A stretch of 28,469 nt of DNA from Chiloscyllium plagiosum (taxonomy: Eukaryota): contig NC_057719.1 in assembly GCF_004010195.1 (NCBI RefSeq), positions 29,885,100 to 29,913,568 on the forward strand. The letters run 5' to 3'. The notes under the pieces are model-generated. The model was not told where the DNA came from. It did not search any database and saw only the letters and a list, made by a program, of their open reading frames with translations. The position numbers and the translations under genes are program-made. This document shows, piece after piece, positions 1-10,838 of this stretch; position 1 is the stretch's first letter; each line of letters starts with the position of its first letter.

Positions 1-123
1 TTCAGGAAGATGCCCGAAACGTCGATTCTCCTGCTCCTTGGATGCTGCCTGACCTGCTGTGCTTTTCCAGCAACACATTTTTCAGCTCTGATCTCCAGCA
101 TCTGCAGTTCTCACTTTCTCCTA
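1..123 (+). mobile_element. Penelope-like element 3' terminal (pLTR) fragment, family A, with the 3' half of a hammerhead motif; truncated by the window edge
   Basis: GCCCGAAACGTCGATTCTCCTGCTCC...CTGCCTGACCTGCTGTGCTTTTCCAGCAACACATTTTTCAGCTCTGATCTCCAGCATCTGCAG closely matches the copies at 2376-2528 and 25961-26168. Confidence 0.8.
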
Positions 124-1958
124 GTCTATTGTCTACTGAAGACCAGGCATGCAGCGTTTAAGTCAGACAACCCAGACCTTTACAGTAAATGATATGACCT
201 CAGCAAGATCATTAAAGATGCCAAGAGGCAATACTGGACTAAGGTAGAGACCTAAACTAACCATATGACACCCGTACTCTGAGGCAAGGCCTGCATGACG
301 TGACTGGCTACAAAATTAAGCAGAACACTATAGCAGGCAAAAATACATCCCTCCCTGATGTGCTCAATGCTTTGTATGCTCGGTTTGAGCAGAAGGTCAG
401 TGAAACTGTGTCATCTGCCCCGACAGCCTCAGACACACCTGCCTTCTTGAGAGTGAACCCACAGAAAGTGAAAAAGAAGGAAAGATGGAATCCCTGGCCG
501 TGTACTTAGATCCTGTGTGGACCAGCAAGTGGGAATATTTGCTGACATCTTTAACCTTTCCTTGCTATAATCTGAAGTCACCACCTGCTTCAAGAAGACC
601 ATCACCATCCTGATACTATAGAAGACACAATGCACATGCCACAGTGACTACCACTCGGTGGCTGTGATCTCTATAATAAAGAAGTGCTTAGCGAGGTTAG
701 TCATAGCTCACATTAACTCTAACCTCCCAACCTGCCTCCATCCTTTGCAATTTGCCTACCAGCGCAACCGGTCCATGGCAGACACTGTTTCCATCGCCCT
801 ATCGCTCATCCCTGGAGCAACTGGATAATAAGGATACCCACGTCAGGCTTCCACTTATTGACGACAGCTCTGCTTTCAACATTATAATCCCACACAAACT
901 AATGTCCAGACTTTGAGACCTAGGTCTCTGCTCCATCTTCTGCAACTGGATCCTTGACTTCCTGACCCACAGCAATCCGTGAAGATAGGCAACAGCACCT
1001 CCTCCATGAAAATCCTCAACACCAGCACCCCACAAGGATGCATACTCAGCCCCCTACCATACTCCCTATGTACTCGTGCCTGTATGACAAAATTTCATCC
1101 AAACTCGTTCTACAAGTTTACTGACAACACTACTGTTGTAGGCCGGATATTAAACAGTGCTGAGACAAAATGTAGGAAAGATAGGGTGCTTGGTGACATG
1201 GTGCAAAGATAACAATCTTTCCATCAACGTCAGCAAACCCAAAGAGCTGATCATCGACTATAGGAAGCCTCTCTCGACGTCAATGGAGCTGGCATGAAGG
1301 TGGTCGAAACCGTCACGTTCCTAGGAGTGACAATCACCAAAAATCTGTCCTGGACCACCCATATTGATGTGATGGTCAAGAAGGCACAACAATGCCTCTT
1401 CTTCCTCAGGAAGTGAAGGAAATTTGGCATGTCCATAAGGGCCCTTATCAACTTTTACAGATGCACCATAGAAAGCATTTTATCCGGATGCATCATAGCT
1501 TGGTACAGCAATTACTTTGCCCAGGACTGTTAGAAACTACAGGAAGTTGTGAACACAGCGCAGACCATCACACAAGCCAACCTTGCCTCTATTGATTCTA
1601 TCAACACTTCTTGTTGCCAGGGAAAGGTAGCCAACATCATCAAAGACTCCTCCCAACCAGTTATCTCTTCCAACCTCTTCTTTATGGCAGAAGTTACAAA
1701 AGTTTAAACACATGTATCAACATGTTCAAGAATAGTTTCTTTCCCGCCGTTGTTAGACTGCTGAATGGACATCTCAAATTTCAGACCTAATGTTTATGTT
1801 GCTTTTTGTGCACTTTCTTTGCAGCCATAACTTTGTATTCCTTGCTCTGTTCAATCACCCTATGATCTTTGTGTCTTTGTATGTTATGATCTGCTGTACT
1901 GCAGGCAAAACAAAACTTTTCACTGTACTTAGGTACATGTGGCAATAAATCAATCAAA
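124..1958 (+). mobile_element. Rex1/Babar-type non-LTR retrotransposon, 5'-truncated, decayed reverse transcriptase
   Basis: Frameshifted peptides LLKTRHAAFKSDNPDLY, LPDVLNALYARFEQ and LNTSTPQGCILSPLPYSL..KFTDNTTVVGRI (degenerate FADD motif) match Rex1-clade RT; 3' end CACTGTACTTAGGTACATGTGGCAATAAATCAATCAA. Confidence 0.85.
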
Positions 1959-2375
1959 ATGTGATAGAATTTACCCTGCAGTTTGAGAGGGAGAAGATTG
2001 AATCAGGTATAATATTATTACAATTAAGTAGAGGTAACTACAAAGATATATGGGAAGCCAGAGTTGATTGGAAGAGAAGCCTAGCAAGGACGATAGTGGA
2101 GCCACATGGTAGAACTTTCTGGATGTAATTTGGATGGCACTATAGAAATCCAAAGGAAAGAGAAACATACCAAAGGGAGGATGAAGCAACCATGGGAAAC
2201 GACGGAAATTAGGAACAGCAATTTGGCAAAATGAAAGCATACACTGTGATGAAGATTAGTGGGAAATCAGTGGATTGTGAAACCTTCAAAAACCAGCATA
2301 GGATAACTGAAAAGGCAATAAGGTGGGGAAAAGTTGCAGGAGTTTTTTTTTAGATAGCTGAAAGGTAAGAGAGAG

Positions 2376-2528
2376 CTGAAAATGTGTTGCTGGAAAAGCG
2401 CAGCAGGTCAGGCAGCATCCAGGAACAGGAGAATCGACGTTTCGGGCATAAGCCTTTCTTCAGGAAACACATTTTCCAGCAACACATTTTCAGCTCTGAT
2501 CTCCAGCATCTGCAGACCTCACTTTCTC
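2376..2528. mobile_element. Short fold-back Penelope-terminus insertion (family A) with TSD
   Basis: Minus-strand pLTR piece joined to a plus-strand piece; flanked by CTGAAAGGTAAGAGAGAG at 2358-2375 and 2529-2546 (edges may overlap element ends). Confidence 0.85.
2431..2467 (-). ncRNA. Minimal hammerhead ribozyme motif (weak stem I)
   Basis: Reverse complement reads TTTC-CTGAAGA-A-AGGC-TTAT-GCCC-GAAA-CG-TC-GATTC: conserved core, 3-bp stem II, palindromic ACGU, GUC triplet. Confidence 0.55.
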
Positions 2529-3841
2529 CTGAAAGGTAAGAGAGAGGCAGGAGTAGACATTGGACCATTGGAAAATGAGGCTGGAGAATTAGTAATAAGA
2601 ATCAAAAGAAACTGAATATGTACTTTACATGAGTCTTCACAGGAAGACACCAGCAACACAACAAAACATGAAGAGAATTGGGGCCAGAGGTCAGTGTAGT
2701 GGCTGTCACCTGAGGTGAAGGTGTTGGGGAAGCTGAGAGGTCTGAACGCAGATAATTCATCCGTACTGGATGGGCTACACCCAGGGTTCTGAATGAGATA
2801 ACTGAGGAGATTATAGAGACATAGTGGTGATCTTTCAGGAATCGCTGGAGTCCGGGAGGGTCGAGAGACAGGAAAATGGCTAACATAATTCCTCTGTTTA
2901 AGAAGGGAGAGATGCAGAAGACAGGAAACCATAGTCTGGTTAGCCTGACCTCGGTCGTGAATAAGATTTTAGTGTTCGTTATTAAGAATGAAATTGCACA
3001 ATATTTGGAAATGCATGGTAAAATAGTGTGGAATCAGCACAGCTTCGTAAGGGGAGGTCATGTCTGACAAATCTGTTAGAATTCTTTGTAGAGACAATGG
3101 ACGTGGTCTATTTGGATTTCCAGAAGGACTTTGACAAGGTGCCACATTGGAGACTGCTAAATAAGATAAGAGCCCATGGTGTTAGGGTGAGGTACTGGCA
3201 TGGGTAGAGGATTGGCTGACTGGCAGAAGGCTGAGAATGGGGATAAAGAACTCTTCCTTTGAATAACAGTTGTGACTAAGTGGAGTTCCACAGAGGTTTG
3301 TGTTGGGACTACAACTATTAACGTTAAACATTAAGGATATAGACAAAGGAACTGAGGGTATTGTTGCTGAGTGAGCAGATGACACAAAGATAGAGAGAGG
3401 GAGTGGTAGTGTTGAGGAAGTGGGGAAGCTGCAGAAAGACTTCAAAATGCAAAGCAAGTAGGCAAAGAAGTGACAGTTGGAATATAATGTGAGAAAGTGT
3501 GAGGTTGTGTCCTTTAGTAGGAAGAATAGAGGTGTAATCTATTTTCTAAACTGGGAAAGGCTTTGGACATCTAAAGCACTAAGGGATCTGGGAGTTCTAG
3601 TTCAAGATTCTCTTAAGGTTAACGTGCAGGTTCACTTGGTATTTAGGAAGGCAAATGTAGTGTTTGCATTTATTTCAAGAGGGCTAGATTACAAGAGGGT
3701 AGATGTCCTGCTGAGGCTGTCTGGACTCTAGTCAGACTGCAATTGGAAAATTGTGAGCAGTTTTGGGCCCTGTATCTAAGAAAGGAAGAACTGGCACTGG
3801 AGGGATCCAGAAGAGGTTTATAAGAATGGTTATGAGAATGA

Positions 3842-3901
3842 TCTAGTGTGCTTCCAATTAAACCTGTTGGACTATAACCTGGTGTTGGGTGATTTTTAAC
3901 T
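3842..3901 (+). mobile_element. 60-bp Penelope-terminus insertion (family B) with 15-bp TSD
   Basis: TAAACCTGTTGGACTATAACCTGGTGTTG..TGATTTTTAACT also occurs at about 5907-5952 and 16341-16385; TGGTTATGAGAATGA at 3827-3841 and 3902-3916. Confidence 0.85.
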
Positions 3902-5004
3902 TGGTTATGAGAATGAATGAATGGCTCATCATATGGGGAACAGATGATATCTGTGTGCCTGTACTTGATAGAGTTTAGAAGGATGAAGGGGAGCGTAATT
4001 GAAACGTACAGAATATCGAGAGGCCTGTATAGAGTGAACATGGAGAAGGTGTTGCCACTAGTAGGAGAGACTAGGACATAAGGGCACAACCTCAGAATGA
4101 AGAGACATTCCTTTAAAACTGAGAGGAGGAGAAATTTCTTCAGCCAGTGGGTGGTGAAGCTATGGAAGTCATTGCTGCGGATGCCAGTGGAGGCCAAGTC
4201 ATTGAATGTATTTAAGACAGCGATAGGTTCTTTATTAGTTAAGGGATCGAAAGTTATGGGGAGAGATGGGAGAATGGGGTTGAGAAACATATCAGCCATG
4301 ATCGAAAGGTGGAGCAGACTTGATGGGCCAAATAGCCTAATTCTGCTCCTGTATCTTATGTTCATTAGGTTCCATTAAATTGGAAAATGCTGGAGTACTC
4401 TGACCAGGATTTGGGTCATGTCACAGCTTCTGCTTATTCTGTCCAAAGTTAGAAGCCAAAACAGTCTATATTGCATACAAAAATAAACTAATTTCTCTTG
4501 TGCATTTTCTTAGCTCCTACTATGCTGTTTACCATTGCCTGGCCTAAAACTCCTACACTGTGTTACTTCTGTGACTGTGACTGCAAAATGATTGGAAGCC
4601 TGTCCAATTTTAGTGGAAGACAGTAGGTGGCCTGTGAGGACGCCCTCAATCAGCTCCAAACCTGAAAGGCTCACCCTTAGACTGAGCTATCTTGGGAAAG
4701 ACAATTGTAACCAAGGTTATTTAGCTGATGAGCAATAGCAACAGAATTTGCAGAGCGGCAGGGGTGGGATCACCAGTGCTGTCATCCTTCAAGAGGACAG
4801 CAGGTTTATGCTGTACTGAACCACTACCACTGTGCTAGTTTGGTGATGGACTCCTTCGTCCTTTTTGACATTGGACATGGACTTGCTAGCAGCCAAAGTA
4901 CCAGACCTTTCATTGGGTATACCCATCAGTTGTCTTCTGCAGTCTGCTCCATTGAGTTTCTCAGCTGAGTTATCGGCAACAGAAAATGTGCTGCATTATT
5001 TGGT

Positions 5005-5510
5005 TATGCGAAGGCCACAATTAGTGTATTGTGTCTACATCTGACCACCTCTTTTTGGGCAAGGATGTATGGGTTATTAAGAGGTTACAGAGCAGACTTG
5101 CCTGAATTGTTCTAAGTTTGAGGGATTTTAGTTGTAAAATCAAATAGGAGAATGTAGAATTGTTCTCCTTGAAGCAAAGCATGTTAAGGGAGATTTGATA
5201 GAGATGTACAAGATTATGACAGATTTGAGTTTGGTTTGGTAGGCAAGGAATAATTTCCCATTAGTTTGAGTATACGAGGCCTGGGGCAAAGAGTTTAAAG
5301 TTTTGGGCAAGACATAGAAAAGGAAGAACTTTTTTAGGCAGCACATGATAACTTCGTATTCATGAAGGGATTGGATGTGAAGGTGGATCAGTGATTTGAA
5401 ACTTAAATTTGATAGATACTTGATGGAGGCAGTTTGAGGAGTGGGATTATCTGGATTGTTCCTCAGAGAACTAGCATAGGTCTGTAGAGCGGAATCATCA
5501 CTTTCTGTGT
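5005..5510 (+). mobile_element. Old CR1 3' fragment inserted in Harbinger copy A
   Basis: AGGCCACAATTAGTGTATTGTGTC (RPQLxYCV), GGGAGATTTGATAGAGATGTACAAGATTATG (GDLIEMYKIM). Confidence 0.75.
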
Positions 5511-5821
5511 TTTTAATACTCAATAACAGTTTTAGTATCTGAGCTGTAGGCTGTGAGTGTGAAAGTGAGTGCCTGCATTTCTTCTTCTTCATTGTCTTCT
5601 TGCTCTTCCACTTGTTCTTTTCAATCACTGCCTGGCCAGCTTATAGTTATTGGGTGTTTAAAAGGAGAAAAGATTGATTTCAGCAGGAAATGAGTGAAGT
5701 AAGAAGTGAATGTTTACATTGAATTAAGCTTCTAAGTCAGAAGACATTGTGGAATGAAGGATAAATGGGATGTGAGTAGGAAGAATAATTATAATGATAA
5801 TTTCTATTATGTGGAGAAGCT

Positions 5822-5952
5822 GGAGTTGGACTGGGGTGGACAAAGTCAAAAATCAAACAATATTAGGTTATAGTCCAACAGGTTTATTTGAAATTGCAAT
5901 TTCAAATAAACCTGTTGGACTATAACCCGGGTGTAATTTGATTTTTGACTTT
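5822..5952. repeat. Fold-back Penelope family B terminus containing a perfect 62-bp palindrome (5866-5927)
   Basis: GGTTATAGTCCAACAGGTTTATTTGAAATTG|CAATTTCAAATAAACCTGTTGGACTATAACC checked base by base; outer arms AAAGTCAAAAATCAAA and TTTGATTTTTGACTTT. Confidence 0.9.
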
Positions 5953-6779
5953 AATTTCTATTGTTTAAGTCCTGGTGCTGCCAAAGTCCTCAGCATTTAT
6001 CAGTTCATTGATCACGAACACCATCTCTGCAATGAGGTAAGGGAATGCAGCCACATCTATCCTTGGATCCTGCCACCTTCAACTGCCCTCAAACTCAATG
6101 TGCTGTGTGGGCCAAGGCCAGTCAAAGAAGGCTCATCAGAGCGCAGTAAGTTTATTTCTCTGCCTTCCACTACACCTAAGAGCAGACCTAAATTTCGCAG
6201 CTGGGGTGGAGAGAGGTTGCAGTTGGTGTTTGGCTGACAGACTTGGTCATATCAAGGTCATATCAAGACCTGCTGTGTGTCCTGTCCATATGTCCGCTTA
6301 CCACTCTCAGTTTGAACTTTCACAAGCATTATGATCACGGGGATGAGCGGTGGTCGAGGTGGTGTGTGGAGGGTCTATCCATCTCTGTACCTAGGGAAGA
6401 AGCTTCTGGGGGTCCTTTGTGTTGGTCCACATGCTCGGGTGAAGACCTTCCCACTGCAGCTTGCAGACCCTACAATAGAGGTACCATTACCCCAAAAAGG
6501 GTCAAGCAACATTTGCACTACACAAGTGTCAGACAGCAACCATAAGCAACAGGTGAGAATCTAATCATAATCCCATGACATTCATTCGCCTTTCATTACT
6601 TTCCCTGCTGCTATTAACATCCTTGCAGTTACTGTCAATGTTATACAGCTGCAGAAGGGAAAGAATGCTTTGTCAGGTGGGTATCTCTTAACTTGTAATG
6701 ATCTGCTGTTTCCTTTGTGAGTTATTTTCACTGTCCATGTGTATAGCTATACAAGATTAACGGTTGTGGAGAAAAGTAT

Positions 6780-7200
6780 CTGTCATTAATGTGATGGATA
6801 ACTATGATTGATTGACGGCTTCTTGAGAAAGTAAGAGGGCCAATGATGAATACAGCTATTGCTGTATTCCTAGCCTCTAACTTGTGCTTGTAGCCACAAT
6901 GTTTATATAGCTGATGCAATTCAGCTTCTAGTTGGATATTATCTTCATCAAACCATTTAGAGATGCTATTACAAACCTCGTAGAGCAGGAGGAACTTGAA
7001 TCCAGGACTCCTGGTTCATAGCTAGAGGAATTACCACAAAAGCTCCCTCAAAGAGCTGACACAGCATGCTACAGGTATTTTTAATTAACTTGTTAAGATT
7101 TGTTATGATACACCCCAATGCCTTCTGGATCAGATGTAGGATTACTACCTCAAGAGACCTAGCAAGTTTCTGGTTAGTGGTAAGCTACAGGATGTTGAAC
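6780..7200 (-). mobile_element. Degraded CR1-type LINE fragment interrupted by tRNA-derived SINE remnants (about 6960-7050 and 7105-7160)
   Basis: TATTCCTAGCCTCTAACTTGTGCTTGTAGCCACAATGTTTATATAGCTG is antisense to sequence like 14075-14130; GAACTTGAATCC is an antisense B-box-like motif. Confidence 0.5.
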
Positions 7201-7869
7201 ACCTTTTTCTTTGGTTGGTGATTCAAGGCCAGGACTAGCAGGTGATTTTGATTCCTCTATGAGGCCACAGCTCCGCCAACTTACCAAAATCGTGTGTGGT
7301 TTGAATTTGCCTATGGGCTTGCTTCCTCCATATGTCTCCTCAGTTGCCTAATATTGACAGAAACTAGAATGGGTGTGGAATTCCGAAACCAGTTCCTCCC
7401 ACCATTCTTAAACACCTACTGAGTTGACCTACTTTGGCAAAAATACAGGCACTGCTCTTGTTGTTTTTATGCTTGTATCACTTAATCCTGTACTGTGATT
7501 TGGGTGTCCATTTTCAGGGACTACTGAGTTTCACTAGCTTATATCCTCAGTTTCTATGATGCATAACCACTTGAAAACCAACCTATCAAAGGTAATTATG
7601 TACTCTATATCAGCAATCTTCATGACCTGTGGACACAGGTACATATCTATAATGATCATATGGGATGTAGAGATAATTGGCAATGTACTCCAATTTTAAC
7701 TTGATAAATATTAGTCAAATTGCATTCTCACCTGCAATAGAACACTTTTAATTGATTTTTCTGATTAGACCAAGTGAGTTTCTTCCTGCAGACTGCAGGA
7801 AATGCCCTTGTCACCCATAACCACTAACAACTTCACAATTAAGATAGTAAAACTGAAATGCTATTCATA

Positions 7870-8410
7870 GCATGTGTTGAGGGAGAATTAAGAGTTAATG
7901 CTTTGAGTCCAATATGACTTCTTCAGAGCAAAAGAGGATAGGAAAACCAACAGATTCTATATTGTAAAAAGGAAGTGGAAAGAGAAGGAGCAAGTGGAAC
8001 AGATGGTAAGGGTTTCCAAAATAAAAGGCGAGGAAAATGCTAATGGTAGGTTGAGGAAGGATATAGATGAAGCGCAGATGTTAACTGCAGAAGATGGGCC
8101 AGCTCTTCTGAGAGCATACCTATGGAAACAAGACACTTGGAGAATTGGTATTGCAGTGGGGGGGGTGTGTGTGTGCATGCATGCACATGCATGCCTTGGG
8201 GGGTGGTGGGCTGGGTGGAGGAAACCAGGCAGTAATCAAAATGGAGGACAGAGTTCATGTTGAACTCCGAGTTCAGCCCTGAAGCTCAAAGTGCCTAAGT
8301 AGAAAATGAGGTACTGATCTTTGAGCATGCGTTGGGCATCGCTGAAACACTGCTGCGACACTAGAACAGAAGTGTTATCATGAGAACAAAATTCTGTATT
8401 GATGAGGCAG
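7870..8410 (-). mobile_element. Penelope-like element 3' part (inverted arm): endonuclease C-terminus plus terminus with decayed hammerhead remnant
   Basis: ORF 8236-8424(-) SHDNTSVLVSQQCFSDAQRMLKDQYLIFYLGTL resembles the Penelope EN tail (SEAQRKLEEQHLIFRLGTL); remnant CTGAAGA-AGTC..GACTC at about 7895-7927. Confidence 0.75.
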
Positions 8411-8439
8411 AGCATTGGGTTCATGCCTGTTGAAGGTGG

Positions 8440-9590
8440 CAGAATCAGAACAGATGTGGTGGTGGCTTAGTTTTTCCTCAACTGGATTCTTCTCTCCCTA
8501 CCCCCTCCCTCAGAGATTAACAGAGTCTTCAACCAGGTCAGAACTACTTCCCACACTTCTTCCCCCATCTCTTTTCCTTATTCCCAGAACAACAATACAG
8601 TTCCCTTTTGTCATTATCTTCTACCCCACTAACTTTCACATGCAAATGATTATCCTCTGCATTGCCCATTCCCATCACTGTCAGGATGCACAACCAAACA
8701 TATATTCCTCTCTCCTGTTAGTATTGCACAAAGAAGACTGGAGCCACAGTAACATTCTTGTCCAGTCCTCTATCCTCCCAACTCCCCTTTACCACACCTC
8801 TGTGGCACCTTTCCATGCAATCACAGAAGCTGTTACACTCGCTTCTTTATTTCTTCACTCTCCAAGGCCCCAAATATACTTTCCATGTGAACCAGAGTTA
8901 GTTGTATGACTTTTAATTTAGTTCTGTATATGCTGTTCAGAATGTCATCTCCTGTACATGGTTGAAACCAAAAGTGGACTGCATGACCATTTCTTGGAAA
9001 ACCTCTGCTCTGTCTGCAAGAATGGCCCCAACCTTCTGGTCAGTTGCCATTTCAATACATTATGTGGCACTCATTGTCAGTCGTGGGCCTGTTGTAGGTT
9101 CCAGTGAAGCCCAACACAAGCTGAACGAACAGCACCATTTTTCTGCTTACGTTCTTTGCAACTTTCAAGTTTCAATGATACATTCAACACTTCAGACCAT
9201 GAACTTTCTCCTCCATTTTGATTATTCCCACTTCCTGCAACCTAACAACCCCCTAGTGTCTTGTTTGCAAGAGTTTGCTTTCAGCAGACCAGATCTATTT
9301 TGTACAATTAACAACTGCTCTTCATGTATGCCACTCACGTACCTACCATGAGCACACCCCTTCCCTTCCCTTTTGCTCTGGACATCCTTACCATCTGTCG
9401 TCCCACTTGCTCCTCCCACTTCACATTACAGCAAAAAACTCAGTGGTTTTTCAAGCTCCTTCAGTTCTGAAGAATAGTCATTTTGCATTCAAAGCATGAG
9501 CTTGGTTTCTATCTATAAATGTTGCCAGATTTATAAAGTTACTTTGTATTTTATATCTTCAACATGCGCAGTATTTTGCTTTTGCTATTA
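8440..9590 (+). mobile_element. Penelope-like retroelement, decayed linker plus GIY-YIG endonuclease and 3' terminus (family C)
   Basis: PFVIIFYPTNFHMQMIIL, GTFPCNHRSCY (Cys motif), NLVLYAVQ/LLYMVETK (GIY-YIG remnant), SSEAQHKLNEQH; AGTTCTGAAGAATAGTC hammerhead remnant at about 9463-9500. Confidence 0.85.
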
Positions 9591-9765
9591 GTATGGGCAA
9601 CAAATGCTTGTATAGCCAGCCACCCCAACATCCTGAGAATTTGTTTTGAAAATTTGGTGGTAAATCTGTTGAAAACTAAATATTACGATAAGAAAAAAGT
9701 GGACAAAATAATGTTTTATCACATTTCATTGTTTTACTGACTCTATATCTCTGTCTTTTTTCCAG

Positions 9766-9804
9766 TTGGACATTCTCCCTTGATTCAGAATCTAAGTACA
9801 AAAG
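9766..9804 (+). CDS. Candidate 39-nt internal exon of an unidentified host gene (phase-1 reading GHSPLIQNLSTK or phase-2 reading WTFSLDSESKYK)
   Basis: Branch-like TACTGAC, pyrimidine tract CTCTATATCTCTGTCTTTTTTCCAG acceptor, AAG|GTAACC donor, length divisible by 3, two open frames, inside a repeat-free AT-rich island. Confidence 0.5.
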
Positions 9805-10094
9805 GTAACCACACATATGTGTTATAATGTAAATTCAGTTTCTGAAATATCATTGAGTTTAATTGATTTGTGACATTTTCATGAAAGCTAACAAGGAAAA
9901 GAGCATAATTATTAAAACATTTCCAATAATCTCCTTACATGATTTTAAAAAGACCTACTGTATGCCTGTAAATTTATTCTGAGAAATATAATTTATTTTT
10001 GTGTAAATTAGAAACCATTTATTTCTACTGTTATAATAAACAACAGCCTAGATTGTACAGTGGCTCAGTCGCTCCCCTTCTACTTTCATCTGAG

Positions 10095-10450
10095 TGACAA
10101 TGATTGTAACAGGACTAGATAGGGTAAACGTAGAAAGGATATTCCTGATGACCAGAACAAGGGGCCACAGTCTGAGGGTAAGAGGCCATTTAGGACTGAG
10201 AGGAAGAGAAATATCATCTCAGAGATTTGATGACCTGTGGAATTCTCTTCCACAGAAAGTGATAGAGGCTAAAACATTGGATGCTTTCAAAAAGGAGATA
10301 GATATAGTTCTTCGGACAAAAGGGATCAAAGAGTGTTGGGCAAAGTAGCAACAGGATACTGAGTTGTCTGATCAGCCATGATCATATTAATTGCTGGAGT
10401 AAGCATGAAGAGCCGAATAACTTATTCCTGCTCCTAATTTCTACGTTTCT
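10095..10450 (+). mobile_element. CR1 3' fragment
   Basis: GLDRVNVERIF..TRTRGHSLRVRG..LWNSLPQK; tail TTCCTGCTCCTAATTTCTACGTTTCT. Confidence 0.85.
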
Positions 10451-10547
10451 TTGTTTGCAAGTCAGTTTGCTGAAAGTAGCAGGAAATGAAACTATGGCTT
10501 CGGTCAGTTCGAATAGTATCTGACAATACATCTATTCACTTTCTTTA

Positions 10548-10838
10548 TTGTTTGGTTCATGGAAAATCATTTATTGCCTTTCCCTAATTTCCCACTGGAC
10601 AGTTGAGAGTCCAGTCATATTGTTCACGACCTGGAGTCACAGGCCAGACCAGGTAAGGATGGCAGATTTTCTTCCCTGAAGGCCATTTATGAACAAGGTG
10701 GCTTTAGGCTAGCTTCTTATTCCAGATTTTTACTGAATTCAAATTTCACCATCTGCCAGGTTGGGATTCAAACCTGTCTCTAAAACATTAGCCTGTGTTC
10801 TGGATTACTAGTTCAGTGGAATTACCACTTCACCACTG
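10548..10838 (-). mobile_element. tRNA-derived SINE whose tail is shared with the CR1 family ending at 14657
   Basis: Antisense head (GGGATTCAAACC B-box, CTGGATTACTAGTTCAGTG); CATTTATTGCC..CCCTAATT is the reverse complement of the tail at about 14587-14611. Confidence 0.7.

Larger units (their letters stand above)
1990..4362 (+). mobile_element. CR1 LINE ORF2 (RT) remnant with 3' UTR, interrupted by two Penelope-derived inserts
   Basis: MANIIPLFKKG..GNHSLVSLTSVVNK, DVVYLDFQKDFDKVPH, SGVPQ, ADDTK, RRNFFSQWVVKLW; CR1 3' end GGGCCAAATAGCCTAATTCTGCTCCTGTATCTTATGTTC. Confidence 0.9.
4640..6470 (-). pseudogene. Fossil PIF/Harbinger Myb/SANT-like accessory gene, copy A (pieces at about 6295-6470, 5970-6120, 5515-5640, 4640-5000)
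   Basis: Minus-strand frameshifted peptides FFP..DG.PS..PR..C.*KFKLRVV, EGG...LHSLTSL..MVFVI and GADCRRQLMGIPNERSGTL parallel the three exon blocks of the copy at 21435-23400. Confidence 0.55.

Noticed and set aside
3670..4365. Longest ORF (231 aa, minus strand)
   Set aside because: Antisense to a CR1 3' region and runs through a Penelope insert; a shadow ORF.
5140..5628. 162-aa minus-strand ORF with a Lys-rich start
   Set aside because: Spans a purine-rich tract of the Harbinger relic and an antisense CR1 fragment.
6081..6160. Plus-strand TALKL..HQSAVS resembling a Harbinger transposase N-terminus
   Set aside because: Short match split across frames with no downstream DDE motifs; the minus strand fits the Myb/SANT gene better.
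7783..7801. Short inverted repeat TTCCTGCAG-A-CTGCAGGAA
   Set aside because: 9-bp arms with no supporting context; can arise by chance.
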